Positions 18,301-26,281 of a DNA stretch of 34,091 nt are shown piece by piece. Under the pieces are notes generated by a model, which was given only the letters and a program-made list of their open reading frames with translations, had not been told where the DNA came from and made no database searches. The stretch covers positions 1 to 34,091 of the forward strand of contig JAFUQJ010000018.1 of the NCBI GenBank assembly GCA_017480995.1, written 5' to 3'. The DNA comes from Alphaproteobacteria bacterium. GTDB taxonomy: Bacteria > Pseudomonadota > Alphaproteobacteria > RF32 > CAG-239. A program made the position numbers and the translations under genes. Position 1 is the first letter of the stretch. Every line of letters begins with the position of its first letter.

Positions 18301-18649
18301 CGAGGTGGTCGACGGCGACATCGTCATCGGCAATAACGATAAAGTTGTGGGTTATGTTCTTTTTGATGGCAAAATAATCGGTAAAGATGATAGTATTATC
18401 GGCAGGAGCCTCTCCGGCGGCCTGGCCATTGATCTGAAAGACGGTATTCTCGGCAAGATTTATAAGATCGGCGCTTCCGTTTTGGGCAATGACGGCGGCT
18501 ACAAGGGGCGGCTGGCGCATGACGGCAGCGTGATTGACGCCGACGGCAAAAATATCGGCTATGTCAAGAGCAACGGTTCGTTTATTGATTTGGACAAGAA
18601 AGTTGCCGGCTATGTGCTGCAAGAGGTTGCCAAAAACCGGAGGAATTAG
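15341..18649 (+). CDS. Membrane-anchored protein with Ig-like domain and ~50 17-aa beta repeats (DUF3659-like)
   Basis: N-terminal TM; ASH/choice-of-anchor-D-like Ig segment (GFSFQSGC...TCHITMSWAP); then (P)DGxVxDxxGxxIGxV repeats to the C-terminus. ATG 15341 lies just after the virB9 stop. Confidence 0.85.
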   Translation: MSKDNLTHSEKYIKKTNRIILAIGITSFLIFVFGVFLLIKSNQVEDNFEEPVFTDNADVLGDVSAPALTQNIEFSTMEGEIPLTTTPDPVPMGEVVLGTDAKNVLTLGTNGRAAVKIVSVELADPPADGFSFQSGCDGKTLTGNDTCHITMSWAPVIAGNVQNNFIISWYELNLGENNVKSAKVPVSGNAVTKEDCKLCENVSVSEAGGVAGTPKAVRYAIGPDGKILGIIDEDGYVRDANGNIIGRVGADGMIRDADGNVIGVAENRRAVYDEFGNLIGYVNPDGSVVDLDGNVIGRVLPDGTVVDLNGKVIGRAVETGFVYDKDGNIIGRVLPDGTVVDMDGNVIGRVMPDGTVVDLNGNVIGNITKPGRVAVDANGKVLGVVMPDGSVVDANGNVIGYVDENGNIVSKNSPLQGKKLRVAYDANGNIIGYVDENGNLLDINGNIIGRMREDGTIVDLQGNVIGYVGEEVQFDENGNIIGAVVNLSRLPITPQGTLLGILQNDGSIENSAKQVVGRALPNGLVKDPGGSKIVAKMVNGGFVVGFGCKQLGYLDKDGLIKKGNEDTKLRITPEGSVLDAEGRYAGEVLRRGPVFDNKCRFLGTVDNTGIVKDNDNRYVGCVNPDGSVLDEKGDYVGHVASRGAAVDYDGRYLGRIDNQNRVVNDAGLPVGCVGFGGDVFNNEGVYIGRVVGRKYAFDFNGDYINPVDDDAKVKIYGKPSASLSSNNLVLDNNNKIIGVALDAETAVGNARGNALGMLFPDGGIYSAKGISQGKVKNDGLGFYGSVLGAAFPRGEVINLRGENVGVAYQNGEVFSRYGDRLGYVDGRGKYFNHKNEYQGAIVRRGAAIGYDGSYLGYVIADGTVVDINGKTSGRVTHDEKIADDKGRIIGEVIPENAIIDIWGNYKGFLNSLGDVTDLKGEVVTAILPGGATDNNLSVVKSGVVIDFGGNPVGVVMPDGAVADKNNVVIGRALSDGNVVSVAGKLIGEVVDGDIVIGNNDKVVGYVLFDGKIIGKDDSIIGRSLSGGLAIDLKDGILGKIYKIGASVLGNDGGYKGRLAHDGSVIDADGKNIGYVKSNGSFIDLDKKVAGYVLQEVAKNRRN
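16005..16790 (+). repeat. Coding tandem repeat, ~51-nt/17-aa unit
   Basis: Near-identical units such as cccgacggcacggtggtcgat..gaacggcaa.gt.atcggc (PDGTVVDLNGNVIGRV). Confidence 0.9.
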
Positions 18650-18652
18650 GGA

Positions 18653-21600
18653 GTGACCTGGAAGACAAGACTGAAAACGATTTTCAAAACGGCGCGCTGC
18701 GTTATGCTGGCGCAGCTTTTGACGGTCGGTCTGTCTGCGGTGCAGGCGCAGGAAATCACGGCCATTAACTTTGACGGCGAAGTCTTGGGCAAAGTTATTC
18801 CCGACGGCAAGGTTGTCGGCGCCGACAACAAACTTATCGGCAACGTGACCGCCGACAGTTTGATTGTCAGTTTTGACGGCAAATTAATCGGCGGCGTTAT
18901 TCCGCAGGGCGTGGCCATCGGCAGTGACGCGCGTCCGCTCGGCAAAGTAAATAACGACGGTTCCGTCCGTTCCGCTTCGGGACAGGTGCTGGGACGCGTT
19001 TTGCCCAATGGCCTGGTGGTGGACGATTTCTTTAACATTGTCGGCGCGGTTGTCTTCCCGGGGCTGGTTTATTCCGACGAGGGGGCGACGGTCGGCCGCA
19101 TTACCGGCGACGGCCTGTATACCAACCTTCAGGGCCAGCAGATCGGCGTTGTCACGCCGGACGGCTATGCGTACCGCAGGGTAGGCAACGATTATCTGCT
19201 CGAAGGCCGGCTGATTTCTTCCAAAATGGTGGTTTCCCTGCAAGGGGAGTTTATCGGCAGCGTTTCTCCGGGCGGCCAGGTTTCCGACTTTAATTCTCAG
19301 ATAATCGGCAAAATCAAAGCCAACGGTTTTGTTTATGACGACGAAGACCGGATCGTCGGCAAAATCGTCAAAACCGGCTATGCTTTTGACAACAGCGGAT
19401 ATTATCTCGGTTTCGTCAGCTACAACGGCGAAGTCGTTGACGGCGGCAATACGGTCGGACGGCTGCGCGCCGACGGAAAAATTGCCGACCTGACCGGCAA
19501 AATCATCGGTTACAGCATTGATTTCGCGGCGGCCGCGACTGATCTGAAAGGCAAATATATCGGCCGTGTCCTGCCCGACGGAAATTTGGCGCGCGCCAAA
19601 ACAATCAGTGCTCTGGTCGGTGCCCGCGGCGTCGTTTTCGGAGCTGACGGCGGCACCATGGGACAGCTTGCGGCAACCGGCCCTGTTTTTGACTATAAAG
19701 GGGCGTTGCGCGGCCATGCTTTGCCCGGCGGCAGCGTAATTTCGCTCAACGGCACGCCGCTCGGATACGTTGTCGGCTCGGCGGCTTATGATTTGTCCGG
19801 CCGCATGCTGGGACGCGTCAGCCGCGGCAAAATGGTTTTCTCGACGGCCGGCGACGTTCTGGGCGTCAGCGGCATCGGCAGCCGCATGACGGCGGACTCC
19901 AAGCAGCTGTTGGTTTCTCCGCTGGGTTATGTCTTCAATCAGGACGGCGATTTCTCCGGCGAAGCGCGGACGATTGCGCCGCTGTATAATCCTGCCGGCG
20001 CCAATGTTTCGATGATCGGGCTCAACGGCCGCGCCGTCAACGAACGCGGGCTGGATGAGGGCTATGTGACCGGCGGCGGCTATTTGATAAACCAGCAAAA
20101 CAAACTGACGGCCAAGGCCATAGACGATTTTTATGCCGTTTCCAAAGAGGCGAAGTCTTTGGGCAGTCTCAATGCCGACAATCTGATTTTGGATACTTCG
20201 CTGCGCATTATTGCCAAAATTCTGCCCGACAATTCGGTGGTCGAAACCGACCGTTCGGTCAGCAACAATTATCAGCCCAAAACCGGTCAGGCCTATGCCG
20301 AAGACATTGCTGTCGATTTTACCGGAAATTTTGTCGGTTACACGGACATTCTCGGCAACGTCAATAATCTTTCCGGCGCCAAGGTGGGGCATGTGGCCGA
20401 GCGCGGTCTGGTCATTGACAACAACGGCATCGTCAACGGTTTTGTGGTTCCGTATCGCGCCATGCTGAACGAAAGCTGCGAGGTAATCGGCGTCGTCACC
20501 CCGCGCGGCGATGTTCAGAATTTCCGCGGTGTTTATCTCGGCAGGGTTTTGGCCAACGGTCAGGTTCTGAGCGACAGCGGCAGTATTCTGGGCTTCTTGG
20601 CGCCGTCTGCGCCGGTTGTCGGTACTGACGGCAGTGTTTCCGGGGTGGTCGGCGCCGACGGCAAGGTTCTCGATATGGAAAAGAACAGCCTCGGCTGCAT
20701 CAGCCGGAGCGGCCTGCTGCGCAATGCCGACGGTTTGGTTATCGGCGGCGCGCTCAAATCGGGCGCGGCCATGGCTTTCAACGGCGACGTTCTCGGATAT
20801 TCGTCAATTGACGGCGGCATTGTCGGCGCCAATAATCAGATTGTCGGCTATCAGCAGCCCGACGGCAACGTCAATTCCTCTGCCGGCATTCCGGTCGGCG
20901 CCATGATGGAATACAAAGTGGCCTTTAATTTGGACAACCGTTTTATGGGCCGCGTTCTGTCTGACGGAACCGTTGTTGGCGACAAGTTCAAGAATGTCGG
21001 CCGCGTCAATTTTGAAGGATACGTCGTTTCCGGCGGCCAAAAAGTCGGCTATGCCTTGTATGATTTTTACGTCTACGACGCAAACGACAACGCAATCGGC
21101 TATATCAACCGCAACGGCGATGTCGTCAGCTTTATCAACCAGAGCCTGGGGCGGGTTGAACGCGGTTTCCTGCTGGACAAAGAGCAGAATGTCATCGGCC
21201 GTGGCAATCGCGATTACAACATCCGCGAAAAAACGCAGCTGGTTATCGGTCGTCTTTTGTTTAACGGCGATGTAGCCGATGCCGCCGGCAATATTGTCGG
21301 CAAGCTGGCCAAGGCCGGAGAGATAAAGGACAAAAACGAACAGACGATTGCCCAGGCCTCGCCGTTGCAGTATTACAGCAAGATTACCGCGCAGCCCAAG
21401 CGCAAAATGGTCTTTGACAAAGACGGCAACTTTATCGGTTATCTTGACGAGAACGGCAATGTGGTCGATGCCGACGGCAATATCATCGGCACCCTTGACA
21501 AAGACGGCAATGTGGTCGACAAGGACGGCAACATTATCGGCAGCAACGCCAAAGGCAAGGCTGTTTATGACAAGGACGGCAATGTTATCGGTCATTTGGA

Positions 21601-23200
21601 TGAAGACGGCAACGTCGTTGACGCCAACGGCAAAATCATCGGCAAAGTGGCGGAAAACGGCGATGTTGTTGATGCCAACGGCAATGTCATCGGCGGTATC
21701 GGCAGCAACTGGTACGAGAAAGCGCCGGCCCGCAGCGAGCCCGCCGCCAAAGACGAGGACGTCAGTCCGGCTCTCAAACTTCTGGAAAGCAAGCAGTATC
21801 GCAAATCATTGGGTATAGCTCTGACGCCGGACGGCGAATATCTGGGCGATATTCTGGAAGACAAAACGGTCATTGATGCCGACGGCAATTATCTCGGACG
21901 CTTAATGCCCGACGGTCTGGTTATTGACGACGACGGTACTTTAATCGGTGTTGAGGAGGTCAAAAAGCCCGATACCTCCGGAATGTTTGTGCCTGCCGGA
22001 ACGTTCGGCGACGGCGGCGCCTACGGAACCGGAACGGGGCCTGCCGGCAATCTCGGTCCCGGCGGCGGCTACGGTCCCGGCGAACGTTATGATCCGGCGC
22101 GTCAGGCCGCTCTGAATGCGGCCATGGCCGAACGCCGCAAAAACATTACCGTCGGCAAAATCAGCAACGGCATGCGGAAAGAAGCCTTTGACGGTATGCA
22201 GAAAGACTGGGAAGAGCAGGGTATCGGCAAGGTAATTTCATCCTGGCGGGTTGACCTGAGCGAAATGATTTTTGCCGACAAACCGATTCCGGCGGTAATT
22301 GCCCGTCCGATTGACAGCAACAATCCGGCGCCGATTACCGCGTTTGTCGAACGCAATGTCTATGCCGAAGAAGGGCGCAACGTCATCATTCCGGCCGGCA
22401 GCCGTCTGATGGGAACGCTGGGCGGCCTGACCGCCAGCGCGGAAGCGACTTCGGAATCCGCCCGCGTACAGATTTCCTGGGAACGCCTGATCCGTCCCGA
22501 CGGCTCGCTGTTTGTCTTCCAGGGCCTGACTGCCGATGCTCAGGGCCGTGCCGGCGCGCTGGGTTACGTCGATCAGCAGCTGTTCAAAAAATACACTTTG
22601 CCGGTCTTGACAACCAGTTTAACCAGTGCCACATCATACTTTATGGCGCCGAGCGACAACGAATCCGACAATGAAACGCCGCGTCAGCAGGCGGCCAACG
22701 ACGCGCGGCAGAACTTCCTGAACGAAATGAGCAATATTTTTGACGAAATTCTGGCCGACAAGTCAAGCATCAAACCGATGACTTATATTCCGGCCGGTAC
22801 GCGTATTATCGTCTTTCCCAATACCGATCTGTGGTTAAGAACGCTTGAGCGTGATCAGGATTCTTCTCTCCAGCTCGAAAAACCGCAAGTCTTTATTGAC
22901 GATGGCGAAAAAGCTGCCGAAAAGGCCAAATTTGATGCCGAAAGCACCAAAAAGACGGTCAGCACGGCCGGTGCCGGCGGCGATGTCGTTTATGATGCCA
23001 GCGCCGATGTCGAGAGTGCCAAAGCGCCGGCGCCGTTGGTCAGCTCGCCCAAGCAGAATAAACCGGCCGGCGCGGTTCCGGGCTATATTGCTCCGCCGCC
23101 TCCGCCGTCCTCCTCCTCGGGAACGACGGCATCAACGCCGCAGACCGGTACGGGCAGCGGAACGTCGTCGTCTAATAACAGTGTCCCGGCATTGTTTTAG
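18653..23200 (+). CDS. virB10: Giant VirB10/TrbI protein with N-terminal 17-aa repeat array
   Basis: TrbI domain at ~22265-22835 (IPAVI..PIDS, VERNVY, IIPAGSRLMG, ISWERLIRPDG, DAQGRAG..GYVD, IPAGTRIIVF..DL). Signal peptide AVQA-QE; ~1070 aa of repeats; Pro/Ser tail. Confidence 0.93.
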   Translation: MTWKTRLKTIFKTARCVMLAQLLTVGLSAVQAQEITAINFDGEVLGKVIPDGKVVGADNKLIGNVTADSLIVSFDGKLIGGVIPQGVAIGSDARPLGKVNNDGSVRSASGQVLGRVLPNGLVVDDFFNIVGAVVFPGLVYSDEGATVGRITGDGLYTNLQGQQIGVVTPDGYAYRRVGNDYLLEGRLISSKMVVSLQGEFIGSVSPGGQVSDFNSQIIGKIKANGFVYDDEDRIVGKIVKTGYAFDNSGYYLGFVSYNGEVVDGGNTVGRLRADGKIADLTGKIIGYSIDFAAAATDLKGKYIGRVLPDGNLARAKTISALVGARGVVFGADGGTMGQLAATGPVFDYKGALRGHALPGGSVISLNGTPLGYVVGSAAYDLSGRMLGRVSRGKMVFSTAGDVLGVSGIGSRMTADSKQLLVSPLGYVFNQDGDFSGEARTIAPLYNPAGANVSMIGLNGRAVNERGLDEGYVTGGGYLINQQNKLTAKAIDDFYAVSKEAKSLGSLNADNLILDTSLRIIAKILPDNSVVETDRSVSNNYQPKTGQAYAEDIAVDFTGNFVGYTDILGNVNNLSGAKVGHVAERGLVIDNNGIVNGFVVPYRAMLNESCEVIGVVTPRGDVQNFRGVYLGRVLANGQVLSDSGSILGFLAPSAPVVGTDGSVSGVVGADGKVLDMEKNSLGCISRSGLLRNADGLVIGGALKSGAAMAFNGDVLGYSSIDGGIVGANNQIVGYQQPDGNVNSSAGIPVGAMMEYKVAFNLDNRFMGRVLSDGTVVGDKFKNVGRVNFEGYVVSGGQKVGYALYDFYVYDANDNAIGYINRNGDVVSFINQSLGRVERGFLLDKEQNVIGRGNRDYNIREKTQLVIGRLLFNGDVADAAGNIVGKLAKAGEIKDKNEQTIAQASPLQYYSKITAQPKRKMVFDKDGNFIGYLDENGNVVDADGNIIGTLDKDGNVVDKDGNIIGSNAKGKAVYDKDGNVIGHLDEDGNVVDANGKIIGKVAENGDVVDANGNVIGGIGSNWYEKAPARSEPAAKDEDVSPALKLLESKQYRKSLGIALTPDGEYLGDILEDKTVIDADGNYLGRLMPDGLVIDDDGTLIGVEEVKKPDTSGMFVPAGTFGDGGAYGTGTGPAGNLGPGGGYGPGERYDPARQAALNAAMAERRKNITVGKISNGMRKEAFDGMQKDWEEQGIGKVISSWRVDLSEMIFADKPIPAVIARPIDSNNPAPITAFVERNVYAEEGRNVIIPAGSRLMGTLGGLTASAEATSESARVQISWERLIRPDGSLFVFQGLTADAQGRAGALGYVDQQLFKKYTLPVLTTSLTSATSYFMAPSDNESDNETPRQQAANDARQNFLNEMSNIFDEILADKSSIKPMTYIPAGTRIIVFPNTDLWLRTLERDQDSSLQLEKPQVFIDDGEKAAEKAKFDAESTKKTVSTAGAGGDVVYDASADVESAKAPAPLVSSPKQNKPAGAVPGYIAPPPPPSSSSGTTASTPQTGTGSGTSSSNNSVPALF
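21410..21705 (+). repeat. Coding tandem repeat, 17-aa unit, most regular block in virB10
   Basis: DKDGNFIGYLDENGNVVDADGNIIGTLDKDGNVVDKDGNIIG..., with gacggcaa/aacggcaa recurring in the DNA. Confidence 0.85.
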
Positions 23201-23214
23201 TTAAGGAGCGTCAA

Positions 23215-24183
23215 ATGAGTTTTACGGTGTTAGAGTCGATTTTAAGACCTTTGTCTTATTGGTATACTCAGGACAATATCGAAGAAGTGGCGGTCAACCG
23301 CTCCGGTCAGGTATGGCTGCGTCTGCGCGGCAAACGGGCCTATCCGTGGGTGATGTATAAGGATGAGAAGCTGACCAAAGAATATCTGACCGATTTGCTG
23401 TATATTATCGCCAATACCTATGAACTTCCCTTTGATCCGGTGCAGGGCAACCCGGTCGTTTATGCCGCAATTCCCGGCGAGCACCGTTTTTCGGCAATCT
23501 GCGGCCGCAACGTCATGTATGATAATGACGATTTGACCGGCGGTATTGCGCTGACCATCCGCGTCCATTCCGATGACGTTGCTTTCGGGCTGGGAGATTA
23601 CGGCCTTACTCAGGGGCAGAAGCTGCACAAAATTAATCCGCTCAAAGATATCAAAGAACCGGAAGATCCCTACGAACGCCTGCTCCTGAGCATCAAACGC
23701 GGCGATCATATTCTGGTTTCGGGCGCAACCGCAACCGGTAAGACGACTTTCTTAAACAACCTGCTCAAAATTTTGGACATCAACAAACGCATTCTGACAA
23801 TCGAAGATACGCGCGAGCTGGTCGTGCCGCATCCGAACCGTGTGCATATCGTCTTGTCTCGTACCGAGCAGACCAATGCCCTGACTTATGCCAAAGTTAT
23901 CGATTTGGTGGTTCGTTTTACGCCCGATGCGATTATCGGCGGCGAGATATCGACCGGAAACGCCGGCGCCATTTGGGAGCTGATGGGCTCTGGTCACGAC
24001 AACTGTCTGGCCACCATTCACGCCGAAAGCTCGGAAGCGGCGTATCAGGCTTTTACCGATCGTATTTTGCATACCTATCCGACGATCGACCGCAAAAAAA
24101 CCATTGAGGAAATGCACCAGAAGCTGCGCGTTGTCCAAATCAACCGTGACGGCAACCTGCGCGCCGTCACCGAAGTCACTTAG
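23215..24183 (+). CDS. virB11: VirB11 family secretion ATPase
   Basis: EEVAVN, Walker A GATATGKT, Asp box TIEDTREL, PDAIIGGEI, His box SGH..LATIHA; RBS AAGGAG. Confidence 0.95.
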   Translation: MSFTVLESILRPLSYWYTQDNIEEVAVNRSGQVWLRLRGKRAYPWVMYKDEKLTKEYLTDLLYIIANTYELPFDPVQGNPVVYAAIPGEHRFSAICGRNVMYDNDDLTGGIALTIRVHSDDVAFGLGDYGLTQGQKLHKINPLKDIKEPEDPYERLLLSIKRGDHILVSGATATGKTTFLNNLLKILDINKRILTIEDTRELVVPHPNRVHIVLSRTEQTNALTYAKVIDLVVRFTPDAIIGGEISTGNAGAIWELMGSGHDNCLATIHAESSEAAYQAFTDRILHTYPTIDRKKTIEEMHQKLRVVQINRDGNLRAVTEVT

Positions 24184-24211
24184 TTTTTTTCATGAAATTA
24201 AGAACGAACGG

Positions 24212-24244
24212 AACGTTCCGCCGCCGTTACAGCGGCGGAATGTT
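24212..24244. terminator. Hairpin at the junction of the convergent blocks, possible terminator
   Basis: AACGTTCCGCCGC-7 nt-GCGGCGGAATGTT, a 13-bp stem with one G:U pair. No classical U-tract, and it overlaps the stop codon at 24227. Confidence 0.35.
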
Positions 24245-25006
24245 AAACTGCGCGATGTCTCCGGGACGAATCTTGGTATTGGAATAGCGCATGTTTCCGG
24301 TTTCGATGACAAATCGCTGCCGTCCGGTAAGTTGCGCGGCAAGATCATAGAAGTCGCGCGCCGGCATTTCCTGCCGCTGCGGATTCATCAAATACAAAAT
24401 GCAGCCCTGCGTTCGCTCGGCCACGCCGCAGCGCGCTCTGCCTTTGGGAACTTCCGGGTTGACAACCACGCCCTGCAAACCGTTGCGCACGACTTTTTCT
24501 TCCGAGAAAAGAACTTTGGAGGTAATAATTCCCACAAAAAACAGCAGGGCGCCGAGCATGATTAAAATCTTTTTGGTCAGGTACGGCGGAATGTCTGACG
24601 CCGGTACAAAAGGCTCATTGGTTTCTTCGACAATGTCGTCATCCGGCTGCTGCGCGGGCAAATCCTCTTCTCCCAAAAAACGCCGCGGCGCATTGCTGCC
24701 CGAAAGCGGAGCGCTCTTGGCCGGAAGCGTCTCTTCGTCCAGATAGGCGTCCAGATTAAAGGCATCGTCGTTATTGCCGCCTTTGGAAATAAAAGGATTG
24801 CTGAAACCCGGATTTTTGGGCGCCGCGAAGGGATCCGCCGGTTTGCCGCCGGCTGCGGCCGGATTGGCGTTGTTTCCCGTTTGCCCGCCGCCGGCCGGAG
24901 CCGAACCCATTGGTCGCTGCGGCATGCGGTTAATCGGTCTCTTAACCTTTTTGAGCATCGGTCGCTGCTGCGTATTTTGATTGGAGCTGTTGTTATCCGT
25001 TTCCAT
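24227..25006 (-). CDS. Bitopic membrane protein with disordered N-terminus and LysM-like C-terminus
   Basis: Pro/Gly/acidic N-region, one TM (ILIMLGALLFFVGII), Cys pair, ends ..IETGN..KIRPGDIAQFNIP. ATG 25006 is preferred to TTG 25012. Confidence 0.75.
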   Translation of the reverse strand: METDNNSSNQNTQQRPMLKKVKRPINRMPQRPMGSAPAGGGQTGNNANPAAAGGKPADPFAAPKNPGFSNPFISKGGNNDDAFNLDAYLDEETLPAKSAPLSGSNAPRRFLGEEDLPAQQPDDDIVEETNEPFVPASDIPPYLTKKILIMLGALLFFVGIITSKVLFSEEKVVRNGLQGVVVNPEVPKGRARCGVAERTQGCILYLMNPQRQEMPARDFYDLAAQLTGRQRFVIETGNMRYSNTKIRPGDIAQFNIPPL

Positions 25007-25024
25007 CTTCAAAACCTTTGCCGT

Positions 25025-26281
25025 TTAGAGGTTGTTTTCCAAATGTTTGTTTGTTTTCAGCGTTTTGATAATCCGCGGCACCATAAAGACGATTGTTTCG
25101 GATTTAGGCTTTTTTACGCCGAAAATGCCGTTGGGCAGCCCGATGATCAAAAAGTTCTCGCCGAGTTTGCTGCGCACGTCAAAACTGGTTATTTCGCCGT
25201 CGCGGGATTCCAAGGTCAGGTCGGTGAAAATCTTGTCATTTTGCTCAAAAGAGGCTTTTGCAAGAATTGAAAGGTCGGCCTCTTTGGAAGTCCGTGCCGC
25301 GCATTTTCCGATGTCAAAGCGCGAGAACCAGACGTTGGGCACGACGAATTTTCCCTCGGCGACCGGTTCCACCCGCGCCTGCTGCCCCAAAAAGGCGTTC
25401 AAAGTACCGACATTAATGTCGTTGGAGGTTGTCAGCACGCGGCCGAGGACGCCGGTGCGCGAACTTTTGATGGCGCCGAATTCAAAGACGCTGGTCATTG
25501 CCTGCCAGTCGATGTCTTTGTCGTTGTGCGGATAAAGCGTAAAGACGCGCACGTCAAAGGCAATCAAAATCGGGTTTTCTTCAAAGTAGTTAATCAGGTT
25601 GAGAACCTGGTTTTTGAGCTCGTAATCGGCATTGAAAGTGATTGAGTAATCGTCAAAATCCGCGGTAAAGTCAGTGATCCCGGCGCCGCGCAGAACGTCG
25701 AGGATTGCCAGCAGTATCGGCCGCGACTGCGGTACATAAAGGCTGAAATTGGCCTTGCGCGAAATCCGCAGCGTTTTGTTGTTGGCATTGTAGGTATAAT
25801 AAATTTCTGCCGCTTCGGTAATCATGTCGATGACTTCCGAAAGCTCGCCGCGCAGATTTTCGGCGGAAATGCTGGCATACGGCGCGTCTTTTGCCACCAG
25901 TTTGATGCCGGCTTCTTTGGTCAGCTTGAGCAGGGCTTTTTCAGCCGGCATTGTCTCAAAGGAAAACCCGGTTACCTCAAACCGCGGCAGCAGGTCGTTG
26001 GTTCCGTTGCGAACCATGTTAAACGCCGTCAGGTTATAAGGGATGGTCGAAATCATCTGCTGGGTGTTCCAGTTGACCGAACAGCGCAGCGGGCTTTCCA
26101 AATCAAGCTGATTGGCGCCTTGGGGCGTCCGGATGTCGGGATATTTCGGTTCTTCGATTTTGGCACTGTACACCGGCGTTTTGGGCTGTGCCTGAACAGG
26201 CTCTTTCTGCCAGGCTCCGCAGGAAGTCAGTCCCAAAACGGCCATTGCCAATATAATACGGGAAGCGTTTTTGAAAATCAT
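25025..26281 (-). CDS. Secretin-like lipoprotein (type IVb pilus PilN/BfpB/TcpC-like, short and divergent)
   Basis: Lipobox LTSC; STN/N0-like segment (AEKALLKL..AGI...GELSEVIDMI...YY....LRI); IAFDVRVF...IDW, FLGQQARV, and terminal KSETIVFMVPRII. Confidence 0.7.
   Translation of the reverse strand: MIFKNASRIILAMAVLGLTSCGAWQKEPVQAQPKTPVYSAKIEEPKYPDIRTPQGANQLDLESPLRCSVNWNTQQMISTIPYNLTAFNMVRNGTNDLLPRFEVTGFSFETMPAEKALLKLTKEAGIKLVAKDAPYASISAENLRGELSEVIDMITEAAEIYYTYNANNKTLRISRKANFSLYVPQSRPILLAILDVLRGAGITDFTADFDDYSITFNADYELKNQVLNLINYFEENPILIAFDVRVFTLYPHNDKDIDWQAMTSVFEFGAIKSSRTGVLGRVLTTSNDINVGTLNAFLGQQARVEPVAEGKFVVPNVWFSRFDIGKCAARTSKEADLSILAKASFEQNDKIFTDLTLESRDGEITSFDVRSKLGENFLIIGLPNGIFGVKKPKSETIVFMVPRIIKTLKTNKHLENNL

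Noticed and set aside
15542-18622. 1026-aa antisense ORF (also 7874-9829, 18884-20392, 14064-15362, 6499-7857, 28092-29477 and 29561-30781)
   Set aside because: These are shadows of well-supported genes on the opposite strand. Biased codon use and repeats suppress antisense stops, and the translations show no motifs.
2512-24183. Genome-wide TAG recoding suggested by the in-frame TAGs at 3206 and 18647
   Set aside because: TAG is the normal terminator of virB4, the 6544 gene, virB8-1, virB10 and virB11, at the expected protein ends.
23215-24183. TadA/CpaF call for the ATPase because a secretin-like gene is nearby
   Set aside because: Its size (322 aa) and position directly after virB10 fit VirB11, and no other tad genes are present.
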